Of a stretch of 64,000 nt of DNA, positions 44,693 to 55,694 are shown one piece after another. This DNA is from Nitrososphaerales archaeon (lineage in GTDB: Archaea > Thermoproteota > Nitrososphaeria > Nitrososphaerales > UBA213). Numbering within the stretch: position 1 is the first letter of the stretch; every line of letters begins with the position of its first letter. The notes under the pieces are model-generated. The model was not told the DNA's origin. It made no database searches and worked only from the letters and a program-made list of their open reading frames with translations. The stretch lies in the NCBI GenBank assembly GCA_965197925.1, contig CBDAOC010000020.1, positions 192,001-256,000 of the forward strand. The letters run 5' to 3'. The position numbers and the translations under genes are program-made.

Positions 44693-45928
44693 TCAATCTA
44701 CAGTGAATGATCGTTCACTGTATGATTCTCTAGTGAATGATCCTCGTCTACTTTGACGTTTTGATAACCAGTCTGAAAACACCGGATCAGCTATCCTATA
44801 GCTAGCTGCCGTATACTTCTCAACAACATCTGCATTAATAAGCCTGTCCAGTATTTGAGGAACGCTAGATATTGGTTTCCTCAGTTCAGTTGCTATCGAA
44901 GTGGGACTAGAGTTCCCTTTAGAGAGGGCGATCAATGTATTTTTCTCAAAGTCGGAAAACAAGGTAAAATAAGTGGTAAATTCTCCATCAAATTGCATTA
45001 GCATTTCTTCATAACAGGCTTCAACTTTGTCTCCCTCTATGTTGCGCCAACCTTTTCCAGAAAGGGATTTTAGATACATGTTCAACCCTAATTGTTGAAC
45101 ATAATATGGAAATCCACTACTATGATATACAACCTTATCTAACGCCGTGTTAGAAATGTCAAGTTTGACTTTTGCAAGTCTAGTTTTTACGAACTTCCGT
45201 ACAACCTCTTCCGGAAGCCTCTTCACCTGGATTTCGGTTAACTGCCTATAAAAGGGAGAACGTTGTCTGTAGACAATGTTCCTTATCATTGTAGGGGCTG
45301 AACCTGTAAAGGCATATGCAACCCTCTCTTGCGATTGTGCAATAGTTCGAAGCAATTTAAGGAAATCATCACCCCACTTGAGAAGTTCCTGAAATTCGTC
45401 CATCATAATTATGAATGAAACTTCCCTTGTCCGGGCCAGTTCTTCAGGATACTTCAATGCAGATTGTAACAATTCATCTTCGTCAGCTTTTGTATCACTC
45501 CATTTTATCCTGAACTTAATATATTCTGCCAGTCCTACTTCAGATTCAGAAACATGTTTTTCAGCCCATTCAAATCCTTTTTTCACAAAGGACGACAACT
45601 TTTGTTTATAGGCTTTGTCTCCGCTAAGTTTAACATAAGTATCAGATACTGTATCCATAAACTGTCTGGCAAATCTAGATTTGGTGGAAGTGCCCAAGCA
45701 GTCATAAATAACCGGGATAATTTTTCCTCTTTTGGTACTGATTTGTCTGGCAACATTGTAAAGTAATGATGTCTTTCCAACTCTTCGCAAACCTATAATC
45801 ATAATGTTGTTAATTTTACCCGAGGCGACGCCTAACAATAACGTCTTGACTTTCGCAAGTTCATCTTCACGATTGATGAAATACTCACCGCTTACAGGTT
45901 TTCCTACTATGAAAGGAAAGTCATTCAT
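44693..45928 (-). CDS. Archaeal P-loop ATPase (ATPase_2/COG1672-like) with a C-terminal winged helix
   Basis: FINREDEL, Walker A GLRRVGKTS, Walker B IMMDEFQ, GFPYYVQ, YRIADPVFSDW. Confidence 0.92.
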   Translation of the reverse strand: MNDFPFIVGKPVSGEYFINREDELAKVKTLLLGVASGKINNIMIIGLRRVGKTSLLYNVARQISTKRGKIIPVIYDCLGTSTKSRFARQFMDTVSDTYVKLSGDKAYKQKLSSFVKKGFEWAEKHVSESEVGLAEYIKFRIKWSDTKADEDELLQSALKYPEELARTREVSFIIMMDEFQELLKWGDDFLKLLRTIAQSQERVAYAFTGSAPTMIRNIVYRQRSPFYRQLTEIQVKRLPEEVVRKFVKTRLAKVKLDISNTALDKVVYHSSGFPYYVQQLGLNMYLKSLSGKGWRNIEGDKVEACYEEMLMQFDGEFTTYFTLFSDFEKNTLIALSKGNSSPTSIATELRKPISSVPQILDRLINADVVEKYTAASYRIADPVFSDWLSKRQSRRGSFTRESYSERSFTVD

Positions 45929-45935
45929 GAGTTTT

Positions 45936-45973
45936 TATATACATTTTTGTATATATATACATTTTTGTATATA
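45936..45973. promoter_or_regulatory. Two overlapping palindromes TATATACA-TTTT-TGTATATA immediately upstream of the ATPase start
   Basis: Copies at 45936-45955 and 45954-45973; likely overlap the promoter. Confidence 0.7.
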
Positions 45974-46123
45974 AAAGGAAAAACCGCTCATAACCAGTAT
46001 AAGGCATTCCCGGACTCTTGTTTACTAACAACCAGGCTAAAGGATGTAACGACACTTCATGTTTATGTTGATGGTTCAGGATCCCAAATCACGATGATAA
46101 TGTTAATTTGCCTTTTATTATTT

Positions 46124-46260
46124 GTGCCCTGTTGCATAACTATGAAATCCATTACTGAATAACGAAACTATTCTGTTGTTGCGGTGCGAATTTCTGGATT
46201 GTATTTTCAATTATTTAATCACGGACAAAAAATTGCAGAATTTCTGAATTGTGCAAAGCA
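46124..46260 (+). mobile_element. MITE-like dispersed repeat (~135 bp), copy 1
   Basis: Aligns end to end with the reverse complement of 62638-62776 (TGTTGCATA.C.ATGAAATCCATTAC...GCGGTGCGAA...GACAAAAAATTGCAG). Confidence 0.75.
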
Positions 46261-46304
46261 GATCTGACTAAAGTAAAGACCTAGTTCAAGAAAAGTTGAA
46301 TGAG

Positions 46305-47028
46305 TCATACTACTTTAAAGGTCATTTCCGCAAATGCCTTCGGTTCGCTCACTTTTACAATATATGTACCCATTTCGGCGTCATGCAACACGTGGAGTGC
46401 TTGGAAGCTGCCTTTCTGATCCGTATGTTCCCCTATCTTTACCTTCTGACCAGATGGTGTGTGGATTGTAATTGTTATCTTTGAATTTGGTTCCAAAATA
46501 CCGGATATCAGCATCTTATCACCCTTTCTTGTAGAAGATCTTGTCATTTGTTACTGTTACACCCATTGCGTTGATATAGGTGGAGTCAGTTCCTCTTAGA
46601 TTGTTTAGCGTCTGTTTTACTACTGCCCTTGCATCGTCCATCGCTATTATGGATCCCGTTCTATCTTTCGCAGTCCACGATATTATGGAATTCACGTTAT
46701 CTGTATTTATGAATAATATATCTCTCCCATTTGGAGATATTGGATTTTTTGTGGTCGTGGTGATTTGATTTGCTGAATCTTTCGATATTGTCCAGCCCTC
46801 ACTTCTCGCCGTTTCTACCAAACCATCAAGTAGTGTTATTTTCATCTCTTGAATTCCTGTTGCCATTTCATTTTTTATAAGTAATAATAGCATACCTTGC
46901 TTCTCTTTAGCATAAATATAGACAGAGTTTGCTTCTGCATTTGATACCCCTGCAACCGTTAGGAAGAGTATAAAGACTAATACCGAAGCCATTATTGCTC
47001 TTAATTTCATTGTAATTCTTTTGGTCAT
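46305..47028 (-). pseudogene. Secreted protein of the S-layer locus, split by one frameshift
   Basis: Signal peptide; KIFYKKG|DKMLISG rejoins if one base of AAAGGG near 46520 is removed. Confidence 0.7.
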
Positions 47029-47105
47029 TCAAGACTTGAAGCGAAAAGTTCTATTTACACACAATGGTGTTAATTTGCTGAGTGGGCAGATGTGGTCGCT
47101 GATGA

Positions 47106-48176
47106 TTATTGTTGCCTAGTTTTTGCACGCTTTGAGAGCATAGTGGCCTGCAAAACCACTACAACAACGATCATTCCGATAACGGGCAGGAGCAAGGAGG
47201 AGACCTGTCCACTCGCTTGGCTAACCTTGTCGACAGATTCAGTTACCCTCTCAACGGCATCAGTTACACTCTGTACATCATCAGCCAATTGGTTATTTTT
47301 CTCAATAGTTTCTGCCCTCAACTTTTCAAGGTTCTCATTTACCCTAAGGATCTCCTTTCCCAGTGAAAGAACTCTACCTTCCTCCACAATTACGCCCTGG
47401 GCGTTGCTTGCTATGAGCCCCTGGTGGAAAGCCTCTACAAATATGGTATGATGTCCTTCAAGATTACTTCCGAAATCCGCCAAGTATATGCCATCATCAA
47501 TTGATGAAAAGTTATCGATTGGGCCGACCGTTCCATTGGGAAAGTAAATGCGTGAATCCTTGAGCGTCTCCTCTGCGCTTCCCATCACAAGTACACCATT
47601 AAGCAAAACTTCAACAATAATCTTCGCAGTTTCGTTCTTACCTATTACTGTGGGAACCGATACTTGTAGTTCTAACCTCCTTTCCTGTGATACGGCACCA
47701 GGCACCACATCCGTAAATTTGAATACCAAATTCGTTCTAAGTTCCTGGTCTAGGCTTGAGATCACCGTTAGAGTATAGACCCCAAACGGATAGCTCTCGT
47801 TTGGGTTTGGCCACTCCAACAAAATCTTAGAGAAACTTCCCTCTACTCCAACGTCTATCTGAGTCCTCGAGACAAGTCTTCCTTTTGGATTAAATAGTTC
47901 TGTTATCAAAGAATCATTTGGTAAACTCTTTCCAAATACTACAAGGGTATCCCTTGTTGTATACGATCTCTGGTTTGTGTTAGCCGTTATCCCTTGTGCC
48001 CAGGCTTCATGCATGAACGGTAATTGTGTCGAGAAAGTTGATGCTATCAAAACTATTGCAAGGACCACTAGCATCTGTTTGTATAACAAAATTCCAAAGC
48101 ACTTCCCCATATTACTGGTATACATGGCATTATTTGCATTTCCTAATTCAATAATTGAATGGTTAACTGCTACCAT
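47106..48176 (-). CDS. Secreted protein with beta-rich domains, a coiled coil and a C-terminal TM (candidate S-layer anchor)
   Basis: Signal peptide probably from MLVVLAIV (true start likely downstream of the ORF-track start); heptad region near the C-terminus; TM plus KRAK tail. Confidence 0.7.
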   Translation of the reverse strand: MVAVNHSIIELGNANNAMYTSNMGKCFGILLYKQMLVVLAIVLIASTFSTQLPFMHEAWAQGITANTNQRSYTTRDTLVVFGKSLPNDSLITELFNPKGRLVSRTQIDVGVEGSFSKILLEWPNPNESYPFGVYTLTVISSLDQELRTNLVFKFTDVVPGAVSQERRLELQVSVPTVIGKNETAKIIVEVLLNGVLVMGSAEETLKDSRIYFPNGTVGPIDNFSSIDDGIYLADFGSNLEGHHTIFVEAFHQGLIASNAQGVIVEEGRVLSLGKEILRVNENLEKLRAETIEKNNQLADDVQSVTDAVERVTESVDKVSQASGQVSSLLLPVIGMIVVVVVLQATMLSKRAKTRQQ

Positions 48177-48740
48177 AAAAACATTACAAGTTATTAATAA
48201 AAAAGGATCCTGGTCGATTCTATTCCTGCTTTCATATTGGAATTATATTGGTTTAATGCTACTTTTCGCCACTCCCTCCCTGATTAGGAATTTAGCCAAA
48301 AGCATTACCCCATAACCTTCGTACACATCAAAAGATTAAAACGCATATCCACAAAGAAACTGATTACAATTGACCAGATCCATATAATCATATTATTCCT
48401 TTTACAAATACAAATCAATAAAAACAGAATCAATGTATCAAGCAAACCCTCTAAATATTAAAATTATCTATTGATTGTCATTAATTATTTTGTTTGAAGA
48501 TTCCAACAAATACATGCCACGCCCAAAGATTAATCCATGTCCTTACATTCTAAAGATACCCTTTGTCCCCGACAAATACATAACCAATCCAATTTCCTCT
48601 TAATCCTTGCTATTTACACGAATGAATTCTTGTATTTCCTTAAAATCAAAAGTATATTCAAGGGGTCTATAAAATATCTAGTGATACCATATCTTATGAT
48701 ACCACACTTAAAAATAAAAAAGAAAAAGGGGTTTTGTTTT

Positions 48741-51700
48741 TTACGACACGATTATTGTTGTTGTTCTTACTGGTGATAACGCTGTTGGTGTGTCAATGCT
48801 TTCCCATACGAATATTTCTACTACGTGTTCACCTTTTGCTTCTGGTATCCATGACTGGGCTACTGTAAGCGCCTCTGAAGGAGGAAGCTCACCTGATACC
48901 CACGATAGTGATACTGTAACTCCATTTACATCCTTTATCTGTACTATGTACGCGAATGGTTGTTTCTTCGTTTGTGAGTTTGCTATCGTACTCTGTACTA
49001 GTATTTGTGATCCAATTGACGCATCTTCTAGTATTGCACCTGTCTGATCTACTATATCTATTTCTGAAGCCACTGCACGCTCCAATAGTGCTACCGTAGC
49101 ACCCATCAAAGCACTTGCAAACAGCTCTTCTACCTCAACCGTGAATATCTCGTCTGCATCCAGCGCTGCTGGAGCTGGCAAGGTATTGTCAGTATACTTT
49201 GCTGTTATTGTGTCTCCTTCTGTTACTCTCAATCTTGTACCACTGCTCTCCTCATCTGGAGTAAATGTAATTATTTCCTCGAATATACCGGTTCTGTCTC
49301 CTGTCTCTCTAAGAGTGACCAGCAAGCCACCCCTGTCTGACGTAGACCAGAACCTCACACTGAGTGTGTCTATAGTGTCTGGGTTTTGATTCGCATCTGG
49401 GTCTATGACTCTCAATACTCCTCTCTCAACCATGCTGAAGGCATCCTTGTCGAACATTACCTGCCCAACATGGTAATTGACGAATACTGATTTTGTAGCG
49501 ACAGTATCAGAATCAATTCTGAATTCAATTGTGATACCATCCTCTCTTACTGCTCTGAGATCTCCAGGGAATCTATCCTTACTAGGTGTAAGATCAAAGT
49601 CTTCTTCGAAGATACCAGTGTTTGGACCGGACTCTGGGAAGGTATCTCTTCCTAGCGATTCACTTGAGCTTGATATCAACGGACTAATTGTCTCTATTCT
49701 GTCTGGGTCATTGTTGCTGTCGGGTGAGATGATGCTCACTATGACCTCATCGAATGGTGTGTACTCCTCCTTGTCGAATACAATCTCAGGCAATATTGCT
49801 ACCACCAAGAATGAATACTGGACTCGTATCTCTGAACCACCACCGGATGGTGTCTTGTCGAAGTAGAGCAATCTAGCTGTCTCTCCCCTATCAATCAATG
49901 AGTTGGTAAGTTCCTCTATAGCTACAACAAAGACTCCAGAGTTGAAGTCGGTCTCTCTGAACTTTGTCAGGTTAGTCCTTGTATCAGATAATTCATCTAT
50001 TACCGTTCCAAAGTCTCTTGCATCTGCTAGTGCACCAAACTCTGTGTCGAACTTGTCAGTTACGATATCCAATATCGAGAACTCAACTTCATCTATAGAC
50101 CTGCTGTCCAGATTGAAGTCTGGTTCCTCTATTAAGATCTCTAACCTGTCACCGAGACCATACTCTAGTCTATCGGTTCTAAGTCTTGCAGTGTTTGTCA
50201 GGAATGTTGCCAGTTCTTGCTCATCTTCAGACTCACCAGATTCATCTGATGGGTCGAAGTATGTTGCCTGAATAGGCAGGTTAGATGTAATAACCGGGTT
50301 ATCCAACGTTCCTGCGGTTAGTATGGATGGTAATGTCACCGGGAATCCAGCTTCTCTTGCAGGTCCTGGAAGTCTAACCTCAAACTCGAAGATGCCAGTA
50401 TTTGGACCGGTTTCCTCGGCAAATATTACCGGAACACCGTTCCTGTCAAGTAAAGGTAACACTGCTAGATTACTGCCTTCCCCAGTCGTGATTCCTTGAC
50501 CGAATCTATCATCCAATCTTGGATCCGCAGGAGTGCCATCAGCCGTTGTTATACCAACCGGAAGCATTGAGACGAGTCTGCCAGTGCCTGATTTGAATAT
50601 ATTGATTTCGAATATCGGTGCCAAATCTGCAAAGTCAGCATCGGTAACCAAGGCCGTTGCCAAATCTACTTCTCCAGCATTTGTCGTAACTTTGTCATGC
50701 TCAAAGCCGAATGTGGTTCCATCATCTGTATTAGCAAATTCACCTGTAACGATATCTGAAGTTACAACGAGCTGTCTCAGATCAATTCTCTCTCTAATGT
50801 CAACATTTGTGTTATAGTCGTTGTCATGTATTTCTTGGAACATTATTGAACCTGGTGGCATTGCTGCCCTATCCAGAACAACATCACCACGCGTGGTCCG
50901 TATGTTTGCAACATCGTCAAACTCCTGGGTGATGGATGATCTGTCTCTGATATCGATGTAGTTTATTTCAAAGTCCCTCTGCTGTGTTATTACTGATTCT
51001 GGTGGAGTGCCTGGTGTTCCTGGCGTTGCATCAAGCAGTATCTCTCTCGGCATGGTTACCTGTGCTACGAATTTACCTGTATTCGTACCTGTTTCCAGTA
51101 ATGTAGCATCTATTGCATCGAAGAACGAGCCAGGTGTTCCTGATGCACAGAATTCTTCATCTGTGCATACCCTCTCTTTACCTAACTCTAAGAAGACAAA
51201 GCTATCGATGGGTAGGTCGTACCTCTCTCGGGAATCTGGACTTCTGTTAAGGTCCTCATCCGTTATGGTCAGGAATGCATCCTGTCCAAATGAGAATGAA
51301 CTCCTATCCCATTCTATCATGCCGTCCCTGGTTTCGTAGATGAATGTTGCAGATACTTCCCTGAAGAAGTCTACAATGTCGGCATCAAAGTATGTGAACG
51401 CCAATCTGTTGGGTGGAATGAATCTGTTTGGTAACCATATCTTCACCGGATCACCTGTTAGAACGATGTCATCAATGACATCTGCTACTGTATCGAACTG
51501 CCTGAATGTGAGGAAATCAGCTCTTCCACTGAATATGCTGGAGTTGGATCCTTCTTCATCAAGCTCTAATCTATAGGCAACATTTGAGAATGTGGCACCT
51601 ATAGGTGAGGCTATATTGTCAGGGTTCGTATCGGTCGGTGCAGGATCAAACACTACACCCAGTCCAATTATATCCACCAGTATGTTGGAGGCCTGTGCAG

Positions 51701-54199
51701 TTATAATTTCAGCCGGTTCACCATCTCTATCGACAAGAAGTAGAGTTACCCTAACCTGGTCCGTTGACTCTACACCTGCAGTATCAAAGTCAAGCGCCCT
51801 GAATGCTCCTACAGCGATTCTGCTGTCTGCCGAGTCTCCATTTAGATCGATTTGATCCTCTATATCAAAGTCAACTATCTGCGATGCACGTACACAAGTC
51901 TTCAAAGGCAACTGTTGAATTTACTTGATTCATACAGTCAGGATCTACAGCATCTATCTTTGCAAACAATTTGCTGACTCCTTGTGTAGTTTCTAGGTTT
52001 GTGATATCTACATGTAGTAGGTTATACATGGGCATTTCCACTGTAATCATATCATTACTATCAGGTTCTGACATTCTAGCAACCTGCTTGACAAAGTTTT
52101 CTTCCTGTTCGTCAATTGCATTACCGTCTTCTAGGTTATCTACTCTTACTTGGTTGTCAATTTCCTCTTGGGTGAGTTTTGCAGTATATGCCACTTTGGT
52201 AATATCCTCAATGGTTACACTCGTATCAATTATGATCCCGTTTGAATTATCGTCGCCGATCGTGCCTGGAGTAAATGGTATGGAGAACCTGTTATTGTCG
52301 TCCAGGAGTATGCCTACTGATGCAATATCATCTGCAGCAGCATGGAAGTCTTTCACATTAGCTCCTTTGTCGTCTGTACCAAATATTTCTGTGTCACCTT
52401 CGGATGATAAGAACACGGCATTCCATACCTGAAGAACGTTGTCCAGTTCTGGGTTAAATATTCCTGCTGTCCTAGTATTAACTAGGGTGATTGGATCTCC
52501 AACCTCTATTATGTTCTTTGCATCCCTGCCATCAGGTGATTCACTTACAGAACTCCTCAAGTTCTGATCAGGATCTGTTATGGTGAATACTGATCTGTCG
52601 GCAGAGTCGTAAACCTCTCTATCGACACTTGCAAAGCCATCATGTACGGCAATTGGCGCACTGGTGATTATATCGTTGTAATCGAAGCTTGCTACTCTGT
52701 CTCTCTCTCCAGCGAATATTGTTGTTCTGCTACCTTTTCCTGCTTGTCCCGTGTTGAAGAAGCCAGAGTTTGGTTTGGCTGATGCTTCATTGATCCTAAC
52801 TACAGGATGAAGATCTCCCGGGTTTTCAATCGGGGTAGTACCACTGTATACCCATGGTGTCTCTTCTATATCTGTAAATTGTGCAACGGTTCTTCCATTA
52901 TCTACTTCCAGAATGAATCGTTCCGGTACAAAGTTCACCATTCCATTCCTTACACCTGTAGACCACCATTCGTATTATCAAATTGTTCCTTTAGTGATGG
53001 TGAATGTGCGAAGATCCAGACAATTGATGCAACTCCTTCACTATCAAGCTCCAGTACCTGCCTCTCGTCAAAGTCGAGGTCAGGATATATTGGAAGCACA
53101 TCCTGCAAATTAATAGCTCCTCTGGGTGAGTTCATGACCCTGACCGTCCTTCCTGAATCGGGATCCAGGACCATCCAGACTTGGTCAACCTCTTCCGGAT
53201 TTATATTCCATTGAAAGTCGTTGAATTTGTACATAATTTCTGAACCTACTGGATATGATGCCCTGTTGAGGGATGTGGATATGGCGTCCGGAAGTTCATT
53301 GAATGTTAGTGTAACGCTCTCTGAACCTGCCCTGATACCAAGTTGTTCTCTTTGGTTAAGTGGTACCGTTCTTATGTATGGCCAGTCACAGTCGGTATTT
53401 GGTTTATCGAACTCGTCGATGGTACAATTACCATCACCATCCCCTACGTACATAGGGGCACTTGAGTTGTATTTTGCCTACCACTCATACGTGGTGTCTC
53501 ATCTTTGTTTCATCGTTTCTACTTCCTACATGCTGTACTATCAGCACCTCCAGTTGTTACATCGCCTCCACTATCAATACCCCCTTGCCATTTAACTCAA
53601 GATCCCCATTGAGGACAACGGGCGATGTCTCGAAGAACGGCAGGGCCATTGTTGGGAAAAGTATGGATTGCGACACCTCGAAGAATAAACCCGCACCTGT
53701 GGGGGTTATCTCCCTAATCCAGCTCGTGCGTACAGGATTATCATATTTATCCTATGTTATTTCCCGTAAAGGTAAATCTTTCAGCTCCTATATTTCTTGC
53801 AGTAAATGCTGGCTCAGGATCTTGTATTACGATATTGTTATCCCTTACCCCGTCTGTAGAAATGTCAAGATATATGCTGAAAAAGTCCTCCTCCGCAACA
53901 TAGTGGTACCAAAGACCATCAGACAGATGGACCTTTGGGACGTTTTCTCCACGGACCTGAAGGCCTATCGTTGATTCATCCGGGTCTGTAGCAGTGGGGT
54001 GATCTATGACTATCTGTTGGATTTGTGGACCGTAAAAGTGGTTCTCCCACTGTGGGAATTCCGTACCTGAAACCTTTAGCTGAATGGCCTGGGCTTCTGC
54101 TTCCTGTACTGGGAAGAATATGAAGGCACCGAATATTGTTATTGAACTTGTTAATAGTAGTATAGACAATGCAATACTTGTTAATTTTTTATTGTTCAT
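48741..54199 (-). pseudogene. Large thaumarchaeal S-layer protein gene; 3' 3.1 kb intact, 5' part multiply frameshifted
   Basis: MNNK..signal peptide, ENHFYGPQIQQIVI, repeated ETGxNTGxF motifs, highly acidic, C-terminal FVWESIDTPTALSP; pieces 53747-54199, 52950-53453, 51871-52941, 48741-51911. Confidence 0.85.
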
Positions 54200-54751
54200 T
54201 TTTATACACCGTATTAGTCTATGCTCCGCAATTTCAATATATAAGACTTATGAACAAAATGTCCATTTGTGCAAATAATTGTTAAAATTATATGACTAAA
54301 TCATAAAGTCCACATTTACGCATTTGCAGATATTAGTCGAGGTTTCTTCACAATTAAGCCTTGGCTTTATTCCTAGCCTTATAGTATCTGGGGATTTACG
54401 ACCTTCTTTAGCTATAATGATAACAAAACAGCCTTAATTCAGAATAATAGAACTGAAAACCCTTCCCTTAGGGTAATTGAACTGGAAAGATGTCCTTGTC
54501 TTCCTAATTACATAAAAAAATTGTAACCCTTTGTGACTGCAATACCAATTAATGCAACAAAAAGAATCATAAGATATCCAACAAGAAAAATGGTTTACGT
54601 TGTTTTACATCATATCTCCATAAAAGATAAACTATAACACTGATGGATCTTCTGCATTTCATTTCTTCATCAATATATTTCAAAGCCATAGATAGGGGGA
54701 GGTAATTATATCAAAAAATGCATAAAATATCAAAGCTGATTATCATTTGGG

Positions 54752-55024
54752 TCATATTCCAATCTGTTCAGCCAATCTAACCAATTCCTTACCCCTTTTT
54801 GTGAGTTTGTTGTAGACCCGCCAGTTCCCCTTTCCACGGGTCTTGACATTTTCTCTATCGACCAATCCCAGGTCGTAAGCTTCTACCAAAAGCTTATGAC
54901 CAGTACCCCATTCCTTAAGCTTACTCAAAAGCTCTCTCGTGTAATACCTTTTCTTCCCAATCGTCTTCAGCAGTCTTACGATGGCCTTCTTCTCTATCAA
55001 AATCCTGACAAGTTCACGTTTCAT
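54752..55024 (-). CDS. Small basic winged-helix DNA-binding protein
   Basis: 90 aa; LGLVDRE...RVYNKLTKRGKELV wing motif. Confidence 0.75.
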   Translation of the reverse strand: MKRELVRILIEKKAIVRLLKTIGKKRYYTRELLSKLKEWGTGHKLLVEAYDLGLVDRENVKTRGKGNWRVYNKLTKRGKELVRLAEQIGI

Positions 55025-55054
55025 AGAGTTAAAACATACAGGTAATATATTTAA

Positions 55055-55077
55055 TTGTTACCAAATATAAGTAACAA
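55055..55077. promoter_or_regulatory. Inverted repeat TTGTTAC-N9-GTAACAA upstream of the wHTH gene (candidate operator)
   Basis: Directly visible about 30-50 nt upstream of the ATG, at the expected promoter position. Confidence 0.5.
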
Positions 55078-55444
55078 ATTGAATATCGATAACATGCTAG
55101 CACCATGGAATTACGTTGGAAACTTGTAGAAATACATATTATGAAGAATTATAGTAATCCTATGCTAGCAGGTCATACATATAGTGATCATTAGTGTGGA
55201 TCATTTGTAGCATTTATATGCTTCAATTATAGTAATCCTCTAGGTCAATATTCTGTAGTCTGTATTCTAGTCCTAAGGTCAGTCTGTATTCTTCTCCCCC
55301 TAGATCTGCAGTGTGGTTCTCATCATTTTGTCCATTTATATGCTTCAATTATTGTAGTCTGTATTCTTAGTTCTCTAATGGGTATTCTATGGTATTTTAG
55401 TCTATAGTCTGTATTCTGTATTCTGTAGTCTGTATTCTGTAGTC

Positions 55445-55655
55445 CTATTCTGTAGTCTGTATTCTGTCCTATTCTGTAGTCTGTATTCTGTATTCTGTCC
55501 TATTCTGTAGTCTGTATTCTGTCCTATTCTGTAGTCTGTATTCTGTCCTATTCTGTAGTCTGTATTCTGTCCTATTCTGTAGTCTGTATTCTGTCCTATT
55601 CTGTAGTCTGTATTCTGTCCTATTCTGTAGTCTGTATTCTGTCCTATTCTGTAGT
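55445..55655. repeat. 24-bp tandem array (CTATTCTGTAGTCTGTATTCTGTC), about 8.5 units, with degenerate units back to ~55250
   Basis: 24-bp period is exact from 55500 to 55655; built from TATTCTG/TAGTCTG subunits; no spacers. Confidence 0.95.
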
Positions 55656-55694
55656 AATCCCCTATCTAAAATTCAATTGTAAAACAATCTTTCA

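Noticed and set aside
46045..46090. RNase HI remnant (LHVYVDGSG)
   Set aside because: Only a short motif, followed by the MITE; too little to call.
48790..52432. Numerous plus-strand Ser-rich ORFs
   Set aside because: Antisense shadows of the acidic S-layer gene.
55445..55655. CRISPR array
   Set aside because: The repeats are contiguous with no unique spacers; the only cas-like gene is a distant stand-alone relic.
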